Position numbers and translations under genes: made by a program
NCBI GenBank assembly: GCA_964485495.1
Contig: CAZAKE010000005.1
Span: 8,798-63,599, forward strand
Direction of reading: 5' to 3'
DNA from: an uncultured Spirochaetales bacterium
GTDB lineage: Bacteria > Spirochaetota > Spirochaetia > CAZAKE01
Length of the DNA stretch: 54,802 nucleotides
Part shown: positions 1-10,050 of the stretch, piece by piece
How positions within the stretch are numbered: position 1 is the stretch's first letter
How the letters are laid out: each line of letters opens with the position of its first letter
Notes under the pieces: model-generated
Databases searched by the model: none
The model's input: the letters and a program-made list of their open reading frames with translations, nothing else
Told to the model about the DNA's origin: nothing

Positions 1-1
1 C

Positions 2-493
2 GGCGAGGATGATGACGCAGAGACGTACCGCCGTCTGTCGGTCCTGCCGGGTGAGGATGGGGAGCCGCTCTTGCAGACGGAGGACTCTGCCGCGGCACCC
101 TCGATCCACCTGTCCATCGCCCACGACGCGGAGTTCGTATTCTGTGCCGCCACTCCCGGACCGGTGGGCGTGGATGTCGAAGCGGTATCACGGCGTTTCG
201 AACGGGTCCGGGAGCGGATCATCCGCGACCGGAACCGGGAGGTAGTAGACAGGTATCTCGAGCAATCCGGTGATGACGAGGCGGTCGTGCTGGCTCGGGT
301 ATGGGCCGCGGCGGAGTGTGCGGTGAAGACCAGCCGTCTCAACCTCTGGCGCATCTTGGACACCGCGGAGCTTACCGGCCTCACCGAAGATAGGATCCTC
401 CTGAAGATACCCTCATCACCGAACGATACGATCGGAACGGTGATTCAGAAGATCCAGGATGGTCACGTGTTCTCGTATCTTCGCCGGCGATGA
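2..493 (+). CDS. 4'-phosphopantetheinyl transferase (Sfp/EntD type), C-terminal fragment truncated by window start
   Basis: Frame-2 translation from window start gives ...SIHLSIAHDAEFVFCA...GVDVE...WAAAECAVK. These match the PPTase motifs (h)SxSHs, G(I/V)D(I/V)E and WxxKEAxxK. The N-terminus lies outside the window. Confidence 0.6.
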   Translation, partial: GEDDDAETYRRLSVLPGEDGEPLLQTEDSAAAPSIHLSIAHDAEFVFCAATPGPVGVDVEAVSRRFERVRERIIRDRNREVVDRYLEQSGDDEAVVLARVWAAAECAVKTSRLNLWRILDTAELTGLTEDRILLKIPSSPNDTIGTVIQKIQDGHVFSYLRRR

Positions 494-580
494 TAGTTTT
501 CGGCGATTTTGCCGCCGTTCACCGAATTTCATCGCCTTTCGCTGGTTCGGGGTGAGAGAATACACTATTATTACAGTACC

Positions 581-2338
581 ATGCATGGTTCCGACTCACA
601 CGATACCAATGGCCTCTCTGAGCTCCGGGAGTCTCGAGACAAGGTACTCTCGGCTACGCTGGACAACACTCCCCTCGCTCTGGTGTTTTTCAAGGTCGAA
701 CAGGACAACATCGCAATACTCTACTGGAACGAGGCGGCACGTCGGATCTTCGGGTGGTCGAAGGAGGAGGTTCTCGGAAGGAACTTCTTCGAATTTCTGC
801 CGGCAGCGGATGCCGTCACAGGAGTCCGTGAGATTTTCGAAACCCTGGTTCGCGACAGGGATCCCCACAACATCACCCATCTCTGCAACACGAAGGCCGG
901 CAACACCAAGATGATCCAGTGGTTCAACAGCTCATTCATCTCGGAGAACGGCCGTACCATCTACGTTGTGTCTTTAGGACAGGACGTAACCGAACGGCTC
1001 TGGGCCGAACGCGCGCGCCGGCAATGGGGAACCGAACTCGAGGCAAGGGTAGCGGAGCGTACCGCGGAACTGGTTCGGGCAAACGAACTGCTGCAACTCG
1101 AGATAGAGCAACGCAAGAAGGTCGAAGAGGCACTGAGAGAGGCGAAGGCGGCGGCAGAAGAGGCCAACGAGGCAAAGAGCAGGTTCCTGGCGGGGATGAG
1201 CCACGAACTTCGTACTCCGCTGAACGGGATCATCGGGTTTTCCGACGTCCTGCGGAGCGGATCCGAAGAAGATATTCACCGGGACGGGAAGAAATACCTC
1301 GGGCATATCCACCAGTCGGGAAAGCATCTTCTGGCGTTGATCAACGACCTCCTGGACATGGCCAAGATAGAGGCCGGCAAGCTCCAGATCAACTGGGAAG
1401 TCCTGAGAGTGGACGAACTCGTCGATTCGGTCCTGCAGATGCTTTCCGGCCGTGTGATCGAGAAGGAGATCCACACCGACGTTTCGATAGATGCATCGGT
1501 TTCGGTCCGGGCCGACAGACGGCTGTTGCGACAGGTCCTGCTGAATCTTCTCTCCAACGCGGTGAAGTATTCGCCGCCTGGGGAGACGATCTCGATTCGT
1601 GTTTCCGACGGAGATTCCGACGGAGGAGCGGCAATGGTCCGCATAACGGTTTGTGACCGCGGTCCGGGGATTCCCGAAGAGCACAAGGAGCGTATCTTCT
1701 CCGAGTTCTACCAGATCGACCAGCCGCGGGATATCGGCCTCGGGGGTACGGGTTTGGGATTGGCCCTTTGCCGACACCTGGTCACCGAGCAGGGTGGTCG
1801 CATCGGCGTCGAGAATCTGGAGGGCGGCGGCAGCAGATTCTGGTTCACCATACCGGCCGCATCGGTGTCCGACCCGTCTGCAGACACTCCGGAGAAACAG
1901 AGTGAACACCGGGAAGGGGAAACACAGGAAGAAAAGCAGGAAGAAAAGCCGGGTGAAAAGAAAAGGAAGATCCTGGTCGCCGAAGACAATCCGGTCAACC
2001 GAGAGTTGATCACCGCCTTCATGAGCACAATCGGATACGATTTCACTATCGCCGAAAACGGTCGTGAAGCGGTTGCCCTTGCCGGGAAGTATCGACCCGA
2101 CCTGATCCTGATGGACATCATGATGCCCGTGATGGACGGATTCGAAGCAACCAGACAGCTGCGGGGAGCTCCCGAGACAGCGGAAATCCCCATCATCGCC
2201 CTCACCGCCGCGGTTGATGAGAAAGCCCGCGCGACGGCATTGGAAGCCGGGTGCGACCTCCATCTGCCGAAGCCGATCAACCTCAAAATTCTGAAGGAGG
2301 CCATCGAATCGCTGCTCTCGACCGAGTCAACCGGCTAA
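581..2338 (+). CDS. hybrid sensor histidine kinase (PAS - coiled coil - HisKA - HATPase_c - REC)
   Basis: H-box MSHELRTPLNGIIGFSDVL. HATPase N/G boxes (LLSNAVKYS, DRGPGI, GGTGLGLAL). C-terminal receiver KILVAEDNPVNRE...DLILMDIMMP with conserved Asp. The ORF track starts at a TTG (509); the first in-frame ATG is 581. Start uncertain. Confidence 0.85.
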   Translation: MHGSDSHDTNGLSELRESRDKVLSATLDNTPLALVFFKVEQDNIAILYWNEAARRIFGWSKEEVLGRNFFEFLPAADAVTGVREIFETLVRDRDPHNITHLCNTKAGNTKMIQWFNSSFISENGRTIYVVSLGQDVTERLWAERARRQWGTELEARVAERTAELVRANELLQLEIEQRKKVEEALREAKAAAEEANEAKSRFLAGMSHELRTPLNGIIGFSDVLRSGSEEDIHRDGKKYLGHIHQSGKHLLALINDLLDMAKIEAGKLQINWEVLRVDELVDSVLQMLSGRVIEKEIHTDVSIDASVSVRADRRLLRQVLLNLLSNAVKYSPPGETISIRVSDGDSDGGAAMVRITVCDRGPGIPEEHKERIFSEFYQIDQPRDIGLGGTGLGLALCRHLVTEQGGRIGVENLEGGGSRFWFTIPAASVSDPSADTPEKQSEHREGETQEEKQEEKPGEKKRKILVAEDNPVNRELITAFMSTIGYDFTIAENGREAVALAGKYRPDLILMDIMMPVMDGFEATRQLRGAPETAEIPIIALTAAVDEKARATALEAGCDLHLPKPINLKILKEAIESLLSTESTG

Positions 2339-3274
2339 ATTCGTCTTCAGTAGGGCCTGGGTCTCTGCAAGCGCTCGTGGGGTGTCTGTAGAATATCGGG
2401 AAACCTTCCGGTCGATGCGTTTCAGCAACCCGGTAAGGACGCTCTTCGGCCCAACTTCAACGAAGGTGTCGACACCGCGGCTCATCAGGTTCCGGATCGA
2501 CGCCGCCCACAGGACCGGCGAGGTAAGTTGGGCTACCAGGGAGTCGACGGTCCGATCGAAGGGAACCGCTTCTGCCGAGGCGTTTGCGATCACTACTCTA
2601 TCTCCAGGATTTCTCAGTCTCAGATGTTCCCGCAGGTACGTTTCGAGCTCCTTCGCCGCGGGCTCCATCAGGGGTGAGTGGAATGCGCCGCTCACCGAAA
2701 GCGGAAAGATCCGGCCGCCCTGCCCTTCGGCGATCTCGCAAGCCCGGGCCACCGCCTCCTTCGCTCCTGATATCACCACCTGCCCGGGGCAGTTGTAATT
2801 TACCGGCACCACGAGGCCAACTGCGGAAGCCTCCTCGCAGACGGCACGCACGGTCTCGTCGTCCAAGGCGATAATCGAGGCCATGGTCCCCCTCTCCTCC
2901 GGATCGGCCCCGGCCATCAGCAGGCCCCGGGTCCGCACCGCCCTGATCCCCGTTTCGAAATCGAAGTACCCGGCGGCATGGTACGCGCCGTATTCACCGA
3001 GCGAGTGTCCCGCCGTATAGGTGAACTCACCCGTCACCCCCGAGAGGACGTCGAAGAGCCCCGCACTCAACGCGAAGATTGCCGGCTGCGTGTTCTCGGT
3101 TTTGGCGAGTTCCTCCTCGGGCCCCTCCCAGCACAGACGTTTGAGATCGAAGCCGAGTATCTCGCCGCCCCGCTCCAGATATTCGGTGACCACGGGATAC
3201 TCCGCGGCGATCTCACGCCCCATGCCGACGAATTGGGACCCCTGTCCGGGAAACTGGAAACAGATAGTGTTCAT
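2327..3274 (-). CDS. fabD: malonyl CoA-acyl carrier protein transacylase
   Basis: MNTICFQFPGQGSQFVGMG...GHSLGEYGAYHAAG (GHSLG active-site serine motif)...HSPLM. The ORF-track N-terminal extension (3275-3550) overlaps the divergent gene and was rejected. ATG at 3274. 3' end converges with the kinase, overlapping by 12 nt. Confidence 0.9.
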   Translation of the reverse strand: MNTICFQFPGQGSQFVGMGREIAAEYPVVTEYLERGGEILGFDLKRLCWEGPEEELAKTENTQPAIFALSAGLFDVLSGVTGEFTYTAGHSLGEYGAYHAAGYFDFETGIRAVRTRGLLMAGADPEERGTMASIIALDDETVRAVCEEASAVGLVVPVNYNCPGQVVISGAKEAVARACEIAEGQGGRIFPLSVSGAFHSPLMEPAAKELETYLREHLRLRNPGDRVVIANASAEAVPFDRTVDSLVAQLTSPVLWAASIRNLMSRGVDTFVEVGPKSVLTGLLKRIDRKVSRYSTDTPRALAETQALLKTNLAG

Positions 3275-3365
3275 TCGGTTTCTCCACTGCAGAATTTCGC
3301 GGCATGGTACCGCCCACGACCGAAGGTGTAAAGCCTCTCGACACATACACCCGACCCGTGACATC

Positions 3366-4436
3366 ATGCACCCTATGGTAGCATTCATCAAGAAGAATTG
3401 GTTCCTTTTGGGTATCGTGTTGGCACTGGTTTTGGGATTCGCCTTCTCCGAGGCGGCGGTGACGCTCAATTCCGGCTCGCGGATCTCCACCGCGGTCGTG
3501 GTGATCATGTTCATCATCATGGGCCTCACCCTGCCCTCGGAAGCCCTCAAGGCCGGTCTGACCGACTACCGGCTGCACCTCTTCGTCCAGCTCTTCCAGT
3601 TCATCATTACGCCGCTCTTCTATTTTCTCATCACCATCCCCCTGGCGGGGGTGTTCGGGTATGAGATCCGCACGGGCATCCTGGCCCTTGCCTGCCTGCC
3701 GGCAACAATCTCGAGCTGTATCCTCTTCACGCAGCTCTCCGGGGGAAATGCCGTGGGGGCCATGTTCAACGCAGCGGTGGCCAATATCGCCGGGGTCTTC
3801 CTCTCGCCGCTGCTGCTCTCGCTGCTCCTGGGTCAGGCCGGTACGCCCATGCCGCCCGAGGAGGTGCTCAAGGTCCTGCGGAGCCTAACCCTCAAGATGC
3901 TGCTGCCCATCACCGCGGGGCAGGCCGCCCGGTTCCTGATCAGAGACTGGGCCATGCATCACAAGAAGAAACTCTCCACCGCCGGCAGCATCTGCATCCT
4001 GCTGGTGGTGCTCTTCTCCTTCGCCGAGACGGCGGGAGATCCTGAGTTCGTGGCCACCATCCCCAAGATGGTCCTCCCGTTCGGATTCCTGGCCGTCTCC
4101 TACCTGATCCTGGCGGGGATCTCCTTCGGCGGGACTCGTATCGCCGGTTTCTCGCGGGAGAACAGGATCGCCGCGCTGTTCGCCTCCACCCAGAAGACCC
4201 TGGCCATGGGAGTCCCCTTCGTGACCACCTACTTCGCGTCGCAGCCGGAGATCATCGGCACGGTCCTGCTCCCCATCATCTTCTACCACCCCTGGCAGCT
4301 CTTCATGGCCGGTATCTTCAACTCGCGCCTGACCGCGGCGAACCCCAAGGCGGAAGCTCCGGCCGCGGACACTTCTGTCGCGGAACCGTCGACCACCGTG
4401 ATAGAAAAGAGCGACGGAGGAACGAGCGATGAATAA
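3366..4436 (+). CDS. bile acid:sodium symporter (BASS) family membrane transporter
   Basis: About 10 predicted TM helices. Family-like segments ACLPATISSCILFTQLSGGN and AALFASTQKTLAMGVPF. The ORF-track start 3021 is inside fabD; the first plausible ATG is MHPMVAF at 3366. Confidence 0.65.
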   Translation: MHPMVAFIKKNWFLLGIVLALVLGFAFSEAAVTLNSGSRISTAVVVIMFIIMGLTLPSEALKAGLTDYRLHLFVQLFQFIITPLFYFLITIPLAGVFGYEIRTGILALACLPATISSCILFTQLSGGNAVGAMFNAAVANIAGVFLSPLLLSLLLGQAGTPMPPEEVLKVLRSLTLKMLLPITAGQAARFLIRDWAMHHKKKLSTAGSICILLVVLFSFAETAGDPEFVATIPKMVLPFGFLAVSYLILAGISFGGTRIAGFSRENRIAALFASTQKTLAMGVPFVTTYFASQPEIIGTVLLPIIFYHPWQLFMAGIFNSRLTAANPKAEAPAADTSVAEPSTTVIEKSDGGTSDE

Positions 4437-4582
4437 GGCCGCGGCCAACACCTTCGATCCGGCCCGGCCGGGGTGTGGTGGGGCGCAAGCGATCCGAGGG
4501 GTGACGGCTGTGCAATCGGACCGGCGGGCCTAGGCGGCGTGTAGGCCTGTCGAGAACATCCGCCGGTAAATCCTCCGGGACA

Positions 4583-7500
4583 TCAAGAGATGGTCTCGCC
4601 GGACCTCATCTCCCGAATCGCTTGGAGGAAGAGGCTCCGCTCATCTTCGGTGAAATCGAGCATCGGTTCAAGCCGGTTCAGAAACGGCTTCACGAAGTGC
4701 TCCATGCGGGAACTTCGCCGTTCATATTCGGTGCGGTGATCGAGCATCATGACCGTCACCGGCTGGGGAGACCAGTATTGACCGATGCTCTGGAACCCGA
4801 GCTTCTCGTACATGGCCACATGCCTGACCTCATCCGAAAACACATCCATGAAGATCCGTTCCGCGTCCTTGGCCTTCGCAAATAGATATGCCAGCGTCAT
4901 GAGCCCCAGCGGGATGATGCCTCCGCGCTCCTCCCGCATGACCGCCAACCGGTCTATCTCGACGCAGCGTTTCCCGGTAGAGAGCCCGTTCAGGCGAAAG
5001 TGCCGCTCTATGGGAAAATGGTCGCCGTCGTTCGGCGCGATACACGAGACGGTACCCACCGGCTGGAGCCCTCGGTACGCCAGGATGTGATAGGCGGATT
5101 CGTCCTCACTCCTCCGGATTGTCTCCTCGAGGTACCCCTTCTCGCCTACGAGTATCTTGCGCTGGAGAAAGAAGACGTCCTCCCACCTGGCCGGATCCGC
5201 GGCATGGATGAACCGTATCTTCGCCTTGCCCGTCTCCGTCAGCGGCAGGAGGATCTCGAACTCGGTGCCGAAGCCGAAGTCGCTCTTCGCGTTGATGCGC
5301 CCCCCCATCCCATACACGAGTTGGTGAGTGATCGACAATCCCAGCCCGGTTCCCTTGCCCGGTTCCTTGGTCGTGAAGAACGGGTTGAACACCTTTTCCA
5401 GATTCTCCTTCTCGATTCCATGACCCGTATCCCGGATATGCACAACCGCGTTGGAGTCCCGGGTGGTACAGCGCAGGGTGAGAGTCCCATGGCCGCTCAT
5501 CGCCTGGACCGCGTTCATGATGATGTTCAGGAACACCTGCCGCAGTTCGCCCGCGTTGGCCTCGAACCGGGGCATGTGGTCATACTCGGTTCGTACCGTG
5601 ATGCCGTCGAAATCCATTCCCCGCTTTGCCAGCTTGAGACAGTCCTCCATCACCTCGACGATGTCCACCGAGTCATGACCTCGCTGCTCCCTCCTCGAGT
5701 AGGCGTTTAGATCCTGGATCACGTCGGCCGCGGCTTCGGAATAGCGGATGATGTCGCTGGTATATTCGAACAGCGGGGAGTCCGCGGGGACACTCTCGAG
5801 CATGATCTCCGCGGTCCCCATGATGCCTCCGAGGGGGTTGTTGATCTCATGGGCGATCCCGGAGGCCAGGGTGCCGATGCCGGCCAATTTTTCCGACTGA
5901 ATCAGGTCCTCCTGCAGCCGCTTCTGCTTGGTGATGTCCTGGAAGAACTCCAGGAAGATCCGCTCCTCTCCTACCGGCATGCTGATGGGGTAGAAACTGA
6001 TCGAGTAGATCGACTTCGCCTCCGGGGCGGACAGCTCCGAGGAGAAGGTTAACCCGGTGTGCAGGCAGTCCTGGGCCTGGCAGGTGTCGCAGGGCCTGGC
6101 CCTGCCGAAGAACATCTTGTAACACTTCCGGCCCACCATGTTCTCGTAGGAAGACCCGAAGTAGCGAGTGGCGGCGTAGTTGACCGTGACGATGTTGTAG
6201 TTGATGTCCTGGATCGAGATCGGCGTGGTGATTCCGTTGAAGAACGCCTCCAGCTTGTTGCGGCTGATGGTAAGGTCGGTATTGAGCCGCTGCAACCGCT
6301 TCTGCTGTCGCTTCAACCGTTCGAAGGAGATGGCGTTCTCCAGGGAGACCGAACACTGGCCGGCAAGTATCTCCAGGGTCTCTATATCGTACTGGTTGTA
6401 GAAATCCTTGTCCACACACAGGCTCAGGGCGATGCCGCCGTTTACCCGCTCCTTGAAGGTCAACGGGATAATCAGACCAGCCCTGAGCCGCAGGGAGGTC
6501 CCGGGTACATCGATGTGAATCTCCTCCCCGGTGTTCTGTGCGACGATCAGGTCGCGGTCGATGGTCAGATACTCGGTAAACTCCGCGCCTCGGCTGAATT
6601 CGATACTCTCCATGACCACCGGCGAGAGGTTGAGCCCACGCTCGGTGACGAGGCGAAAACTCCGCCTGCTGTAATCCTGGACCACCAGAAAGCCCCACTC
6701 CAGGCTGAACGTGTCCATGATCTTCTCGATGGTCAACTCCGCCAGCCGGTCCAGGTCCACCAGGGAGGTCAAGCTGGACGAGAAATTACGAAGATTGCGG
6801 TGGTAGTCGAAGTGACGGCCGAAATAGAGCCGTTCCATGACGGAGAGGGTTCCCTTGCGAAGGGGCTGAAAGATCACCGCCGCAACCACCCCCAGGAACA
6901 GGGAGGGGACGAACGAGGAGTCGAAGGGGACCTGGATCGACAGGGTCGAGGAGATCCAGATGACCCCGTAGAAGATCATCGCGCTGATCACCACCAGCAC
7001 GAAATACATGATCGCCCGCAGCACGAGGGTGGAGTAATTCACCAATCGGTACTTGTATATGGAGAAGAAGATGAGGATGGCGTTGATCGTCGCGGCGAAC
7101 AGATCGATAGGATACCGCCCGACCGGCTCATAGACGTTGGCCAGTACGCCGACCAACATGATGCACGCCCCGTACAGGGGTGGAAAGAGCCGTTTCCTGG
7201 TGAGAATCGACTGATTCCGTCTGAGTTCGAGAGCCAGAAGATACACCCCCAGGATCAGAAACAGATAACTCAGGGAGTAGGCGATGGGAGCACCCTTCCC
7301 CAGGGTATAATAGAAATTGTGTCCCTCGAACCAGACGTCGGTGACGATGGTCCCGCGGACATTCAGGTAGACCAGAAATCCGTAGATCACATATCCTACG
7401 ACGATCTGCACCGTGTATCTGAGTTTCCTAGAATCCAGTAGATCAACCATGGAATGGAAGATGGTGATGGGCCCGCCGAACAGGCCGATCACCATGAACC

Positions 7501-7702
7501 GATTCCAGAAGAGCGGCGTCAGAACCCCGGTGTTGGCATGCATCATGAACGAGCCGAAGCTCCAGGTTGCCATCGCCGACATATACAACAGGAAGGAGAG
7601 CTTAACCGTCACCTTCTGTCGTCCGCTGAAGCCGAAGACGACGAAGGCGATATAGAGGATGAACGCAATCGCCGGAATTATAGAAGACAGATCGAGTACC
7701 AC
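4583..7702 (-). CDS. multidomain sensor histidine kinase: N-terminal 7TM receptor domain - GAF - PAS (Cys4 motif) - HisKA - HATPase_c - C-terminal GNAT-like N-acyltransferase domain
   Basis: About 7 N-terminal TM helices. H-box [20 protein letters not shown]. HATPase boxes ([26 protein letters not shown]). C-terminal ~215 aa: [21 protein letters not shown]...[10 protein letters not shown], resembling the acyl-CoA/N-acyl-amino-acid-synthase type GNAT fold. Cys motif [20 protein letters not shown]. Confidence 0.8.
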   Translation of the reverse strand: MVLDLSSIIPAIAFILYIAFVVFGFSGRQKVTVKLSFLLYMSAMATWSFGSFMMHANTGVLTPLFWNRFMVIGLFGGPITIFHSMVDLLDSRKLRYTVQIVVGYVIYGFLVYLNVRGTIVTDVWFEGHNFYYTLGKGAPIAYSLSYLFLILGVYLLALELRRNQSILTRKRLFPPLYGACIMLVGVLANVYEPVGRYPIDLFAATINAILIFFSIYKYRLVNYSTLVLRAIMYFVLVVISAMIFYGVIWISSTLSIQVPFDSSFVPSLFLGVVAAVIFQPLRKGTLSVMERLYFGRHFDYHRNLRNFSSSLTSLVDLDRLAELTIEKIMDTFSLEWGFLVVQDYSRRSFRLVTERGLNLSPVVMESIEFSRGAEFTEYLTIDRDLIVAQNTGEEIHIDVPGTSLRLRAGLIIPLTFKERVNGGIALSLCVDKDFYNQYDIETLEILAGQCSVSLENAISFERLKRQQKRLQRLNTDLTISRNKLEAFFNGITTPISIQDINYNIVTVNYAATRYFGSSYENMVGRKCYKMFFGRARPCDTCQAQDCLHTGLTFSSELSAPEAKSIYSISFYPISMPVGEERIFLEFFQDITKQKRLQEDLIQSEKLAGIGTLASGIAHEINNPLGGIMGTAEIMLESVPADSPLFEYTSDIIRYSEAAADVIQDLNAYSRREQRGHDSVDIVEVMEDCLKLAKRGMDFDGITVRTEYDHMPRFEANAGELRQVFLNIIMNAVQAMSGHGTLTLRCTTRDSNAVVHIRDTGHGIEKENLEKVFNPFFTTKEPGKGTGLGLSITHQLVYGMGGRINAKSDFGFGTEFEILLPLTETGKAKIRFIHAADPARWEDVFFLQRKILVGEKGYLEETIRRSEDESAYHILAYRGLQPVGTVSCIAPNDGDHFPIERHFRLNGLSTGKRCVEIDRLAVMREERGGIIPLGLMTLAYLFAKAKDAERIFMDVFSDEVRHVAMYEKLGFQSIGQYWSPQPVTVMMLDHRTEYERRSSRMEHFVKPFLNRLEPMLDFTEDERSLFLQAIREMRSGETIS

Positions 7703-7774
7703 AAAAGCCCTTCTTCAGTGCAAAAAATGGAGTTGGCAACGAGGACGGTTCTATAATACCATGGGAACCGGAAT

Positions 7775-8335
7775 ATGTGGTGTACAACTTTTGCTGCAGC
7801 CATCGGTTTTCTATCCCTGGGAGTGTATGATATCGCTCAGATCGGCGGATGGAGCCGCGTGGGCCGGCTCTTTTCCATTATCGGGTACGGTACAATAGTT
7901 TCTTCACTCATTTTTCATCTGATTCGCTCCCATCCTCCCGGCAGCCCTGTGCCGATCGTAATAGTCGGGTTCATCCTCGCCGCGGTGTGTCTCATAACCC
8001 TCGCATACACCGTACTCTTCGAAGTAGGACGACGGTCGTGCCGAGACAAACCGAAGGGCCCGAGGAGGGCGTATCGGCACGGATCGTACGGCGTCGTACG
8101 GCATCCCGGGTTCTGGTGGTACCTGTCACTGTGTGCCGCCCTGGGCACCGCGTATGGAACCGTAGACGTGGGAGCGTTTCTCGGCCTCACGGTGGTGATG
8201 AATTATCTTCTGATCCTGCTCGAGGACAGATGCCTCTTTCCACGCATCTTCGTCGATTACGACGACTATCGCCGGGTAGTCCCCTTTCTGATTCCGAGAA
8301 AAACGCCGAAGAAGAGAGTATGGCCAACATCTTAG
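7775..8335 (+). CDS. membrane methyltransferase, isoprenylcysteine carboxyl / phospholipid methyltransferase (ICMT/PEMT) family
   Basis: Multi-TM protein with GSYGVVRHPGFWWY (RHPxY motif of ICMT/PEMT family) and C-terminal LED...P. 3' end overlaps the next gene by 16 nt. Confidence 0.5.
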   Translation: MWCTTFAAAIGFLSLGVYDIAQIGGWSRVGRLFSIIGYGTIVSSLIFHLIRSHPPGSPVPIVIVGFILAAVCLITLAYTVLFEVGRRSCRDKPKGPRRAYRHGSYGVVRHPGFWWYLSLCAALGTAYGTVDVGAFLGLTVVMNYLLILLEDRCLFPRIFVDYDDYRRVVPFLIPRKTPKKRVWPTS

Positions 8336-9381
8336 TCGTCGACGATGAGGAGGCGATCCGGAAGACCACCAGAATCAACCTGGAAAGCTCCGGTTTCACC
8401 GTACACACCGCCGAAAACGGACGCGATGCCATGACGGTTCTCGCGCCGAACTATCTACCCGTGAAAATAGACTGCATCCTCCTGGACATCCGCATGCCGG
8501 GAATCAACGGCATGGACCTCTTAAAGGAGATCCATCTGATGGACGCTCGCATCCCCGTCGTGATGATGACGGCCATGAACGATCTGGAGACGGGCCTCGA
8601 TGCCATGCGATCCGGCGCCTTCGACTATGTGACGAAACCGGTCCGCAAGCAACGGCTGCTCACGGCACTGGAGCGGGCCTTGAAGTATCGACACATCCAG
8701 ATGGAGAATCAACGGCTCGAACAGGAGAACGCCGAATACCAGCGTTCACTGGAGATCAAGGTCCAGGAACGCACCCGGGAACTGATCGAGGCGTACAAGA
8801 AACTGCAGAGGCACACCATGGAGACGGTCAAGGTACTGGCGGAGACGATAGAGGCGAAGGATCACTACACCAGGGGACACTGCAACCGGGTACGGCAGCT
8901 GTCCAGGGAACTGGCGGGAAGGGCCGGCGTGAATACCGAACGCCTCGAGACCGTCGAGTACGGCGCCCTCCTCCATGACATCGGGAAGATCGGCATCCCC
9001 GAGGCGCTGCTCCTGAAAAACGGGACCCTCACCGATGACGAACTCGTGAGTTTCAGGCTTCATCCGGTGATCGGCGAGAAGATCCTCCGGAACGTGGCCT
9101 TCTTCGAGCCGTGTCTCAGCATCGTACGGCAACACCACGAACGGTACGACGGCAACGGCTACCCCGACGGTCTGCGGGGCGATGAGATCGATATCCTCTC
9201 GCGGGTGGTCACCATCGCCGACTCCTATGACGCTATGACCTCGACGCGTCCCTATCGCCGGGCGCTTCCCATCCACCACGCCCTGGCGGAACTCGATGCC
9301 GGCGCCGGCAGCCAATTCGACGCCGAACTGGTCCGCTTGTTCGTGCGGTGGGAGATCTACACGACGGCCGGCCCGATATAA
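8320..9381 (+). CDS. response regulator with HD-GYP phosphodiesterase domain (RpfG-like)
   Basis: MANILVVDDEEAIRK...LLDIRMPGINGMDLL (REC). Then HD-GYP: HYTRGHCNRV...LLHDIGKIGIP...HHERYDGNGYP. The ORF-track upstream extension (7849) was rejected; ATG at 8320. Confidence 0.88.
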   Translation: MANILVVDDEEAIRKTTRINLESSGFTVHTAENGRDAMTVLAPNYLPVKIDCILLDIRMPGINGMDLLKEIHLMDARIPVVMMTAMNDLETGLDAMRSGAFDYVTKPVRKQRLLTALERALKYRHIQMENQRLEQENAEYQRSLEIKVQERTRELIEAYKKLQRHTMETVKVLAETIEAKDHYTRGHCNRVRQLSRELAGRAGVNTERLETVEYGALLHDIGKIGIPEALLLKNGTLTDDELVSFRLHPVIGEKILRNVAFFEPCLSIVRQHHERYDGNGYPDGLRGDEIDILSRVVTIADSYDAMTSTRPYRRALPIHHALAELDAGAGSQFDAELVRLFVRWEIYTTAGPI

Positions 9382-9476
9382 CTAGCTGGTTTCAATCTGC
9401 CGTTGCTCTCGGTGATTCCATAGAGAATTTTGTTTTTCCCTCCATAGATAGTATTTTTACACACAAGGAGAATACT

Positions 9477-9881
9477 ATGCATACGAACACGACAACCCAT
9501 ATCCGCCGGTCGGTAGCGGCGTGTGTACTCATCGTGCTGCTAGCGGTCGCAGCCGTCGCCGGCGGCAGGGGAGAAGAGAGCCCATACGACACATATGCGG
9601 ACCTTGCAGAATTGATCGCGTCCGATACCGAGTATCATCTCGTCGACGTCAGGACGCCGGCCGAATACGCTGCGGGACACATTCCCGGAGCGGAGAATAT
9701 CAACGTCGATATCATCGCATCGAATCCACCGACCGAAGACAAAGACGCGCTGATAATCGTATACTGTCGCAGCGGTAATCGCTCGGGAGACGCGAAACGA
9801 ATGCTCGAAGACCTCGGGTACACCAATGTTCACGATTTCGGAGGCATTTACCGCTGGGAGGGAGAGGTAATCACCGAATAA
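9477..9881 (+). CDS. secreted single-domain rhodanese (sulfurtransferase) protein
   Basis: AAGGAG SD 6 nt upstream of ATG. Signal peptide RRSVAACVLIVLLAVAAVAG. HLVDVRTPAEYAAGHIPGAENI...VYCRSGNRSG (active-site Cys loop CRSGxRS). Confidence 0.8.
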   Translation: MHTNTTTHIRRSVAACVLIVLLAVAAVAGGRGEESPYDTYADLAELIASDTEYHLVDVRTPAEYAAGHIPGAENINVDIIASNPPTEDKDALIIVYCRSGNRSGDAKRMLEDLGYTNVHDFGGIYRWEGEVITE

Positions 9882-10050
9882 TCCGAACAAGACGATTGAT
9901 TCGGTTGGAAACGATGCGTAGCAGGGGCGTTTTACAGATGGATTCACATACATTCACACCGGGAATCGAACCCGATGAATTTCCTACGATCCCCGGATTC
10001 GGCAGCATCTCCCGCATGATCATAGACAGGTATGTGGAGACCTACGGATC

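Noticed and set aside
974-2263. 429-aa antisense ORF inside the hybrid kinase gene. Similar long antisense ORFs occur at 5847-6698, 6059-7441, 10042-10794, 21495-22652 (inside groEL), 23858-24955, 33732-35066, 35393-36436 and 39949-40395.
   Set aside because: High-GC genomes produce long stop-free antisense frames. The sense-strand products have clear conserved domains (HK, GroEL, GGDEF-EAL, ArgC/ArgB/ArgG, PFK), whereas these translations are low-complexity, Arg/Pro/Gly-rich.
3275-3550. N-terminal 92-aa extension of the fabD ORF, and ORF-track start 3021 for the BASS transporter.
   Set aside because: The extension has no FabD homology and overlaps the divergent transporter gene. FabD begins at the conserved MNTICFQFPGQGSQ. 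The transporter's first plausible ATG is 3366.
7849-8319. 157-aa upstream extension of the HD-GYP response-regulator ORF.
   Set aside because: It lies in a different frame from, and overlaps, the ICMT-family membrane protein gene. The receiver domain begins exactly at MANILVVDDEE (ATG 8320).
9960-9992. Sequence ccgggaatcgaacccg, reverse complement of a tRNA T-arm-like GGGTTCGATTCCC, upstream of the OmpR regulator. Possible tRNA gene or integration-site remnant.
   Set aside because: No matching acceptor stem, anticodon arm or D-arm could be assembled on either strand around it. Most likely chance similarity or a very short tRNA-3' remnant. There is no integrase or other mobile-element signature nearby.
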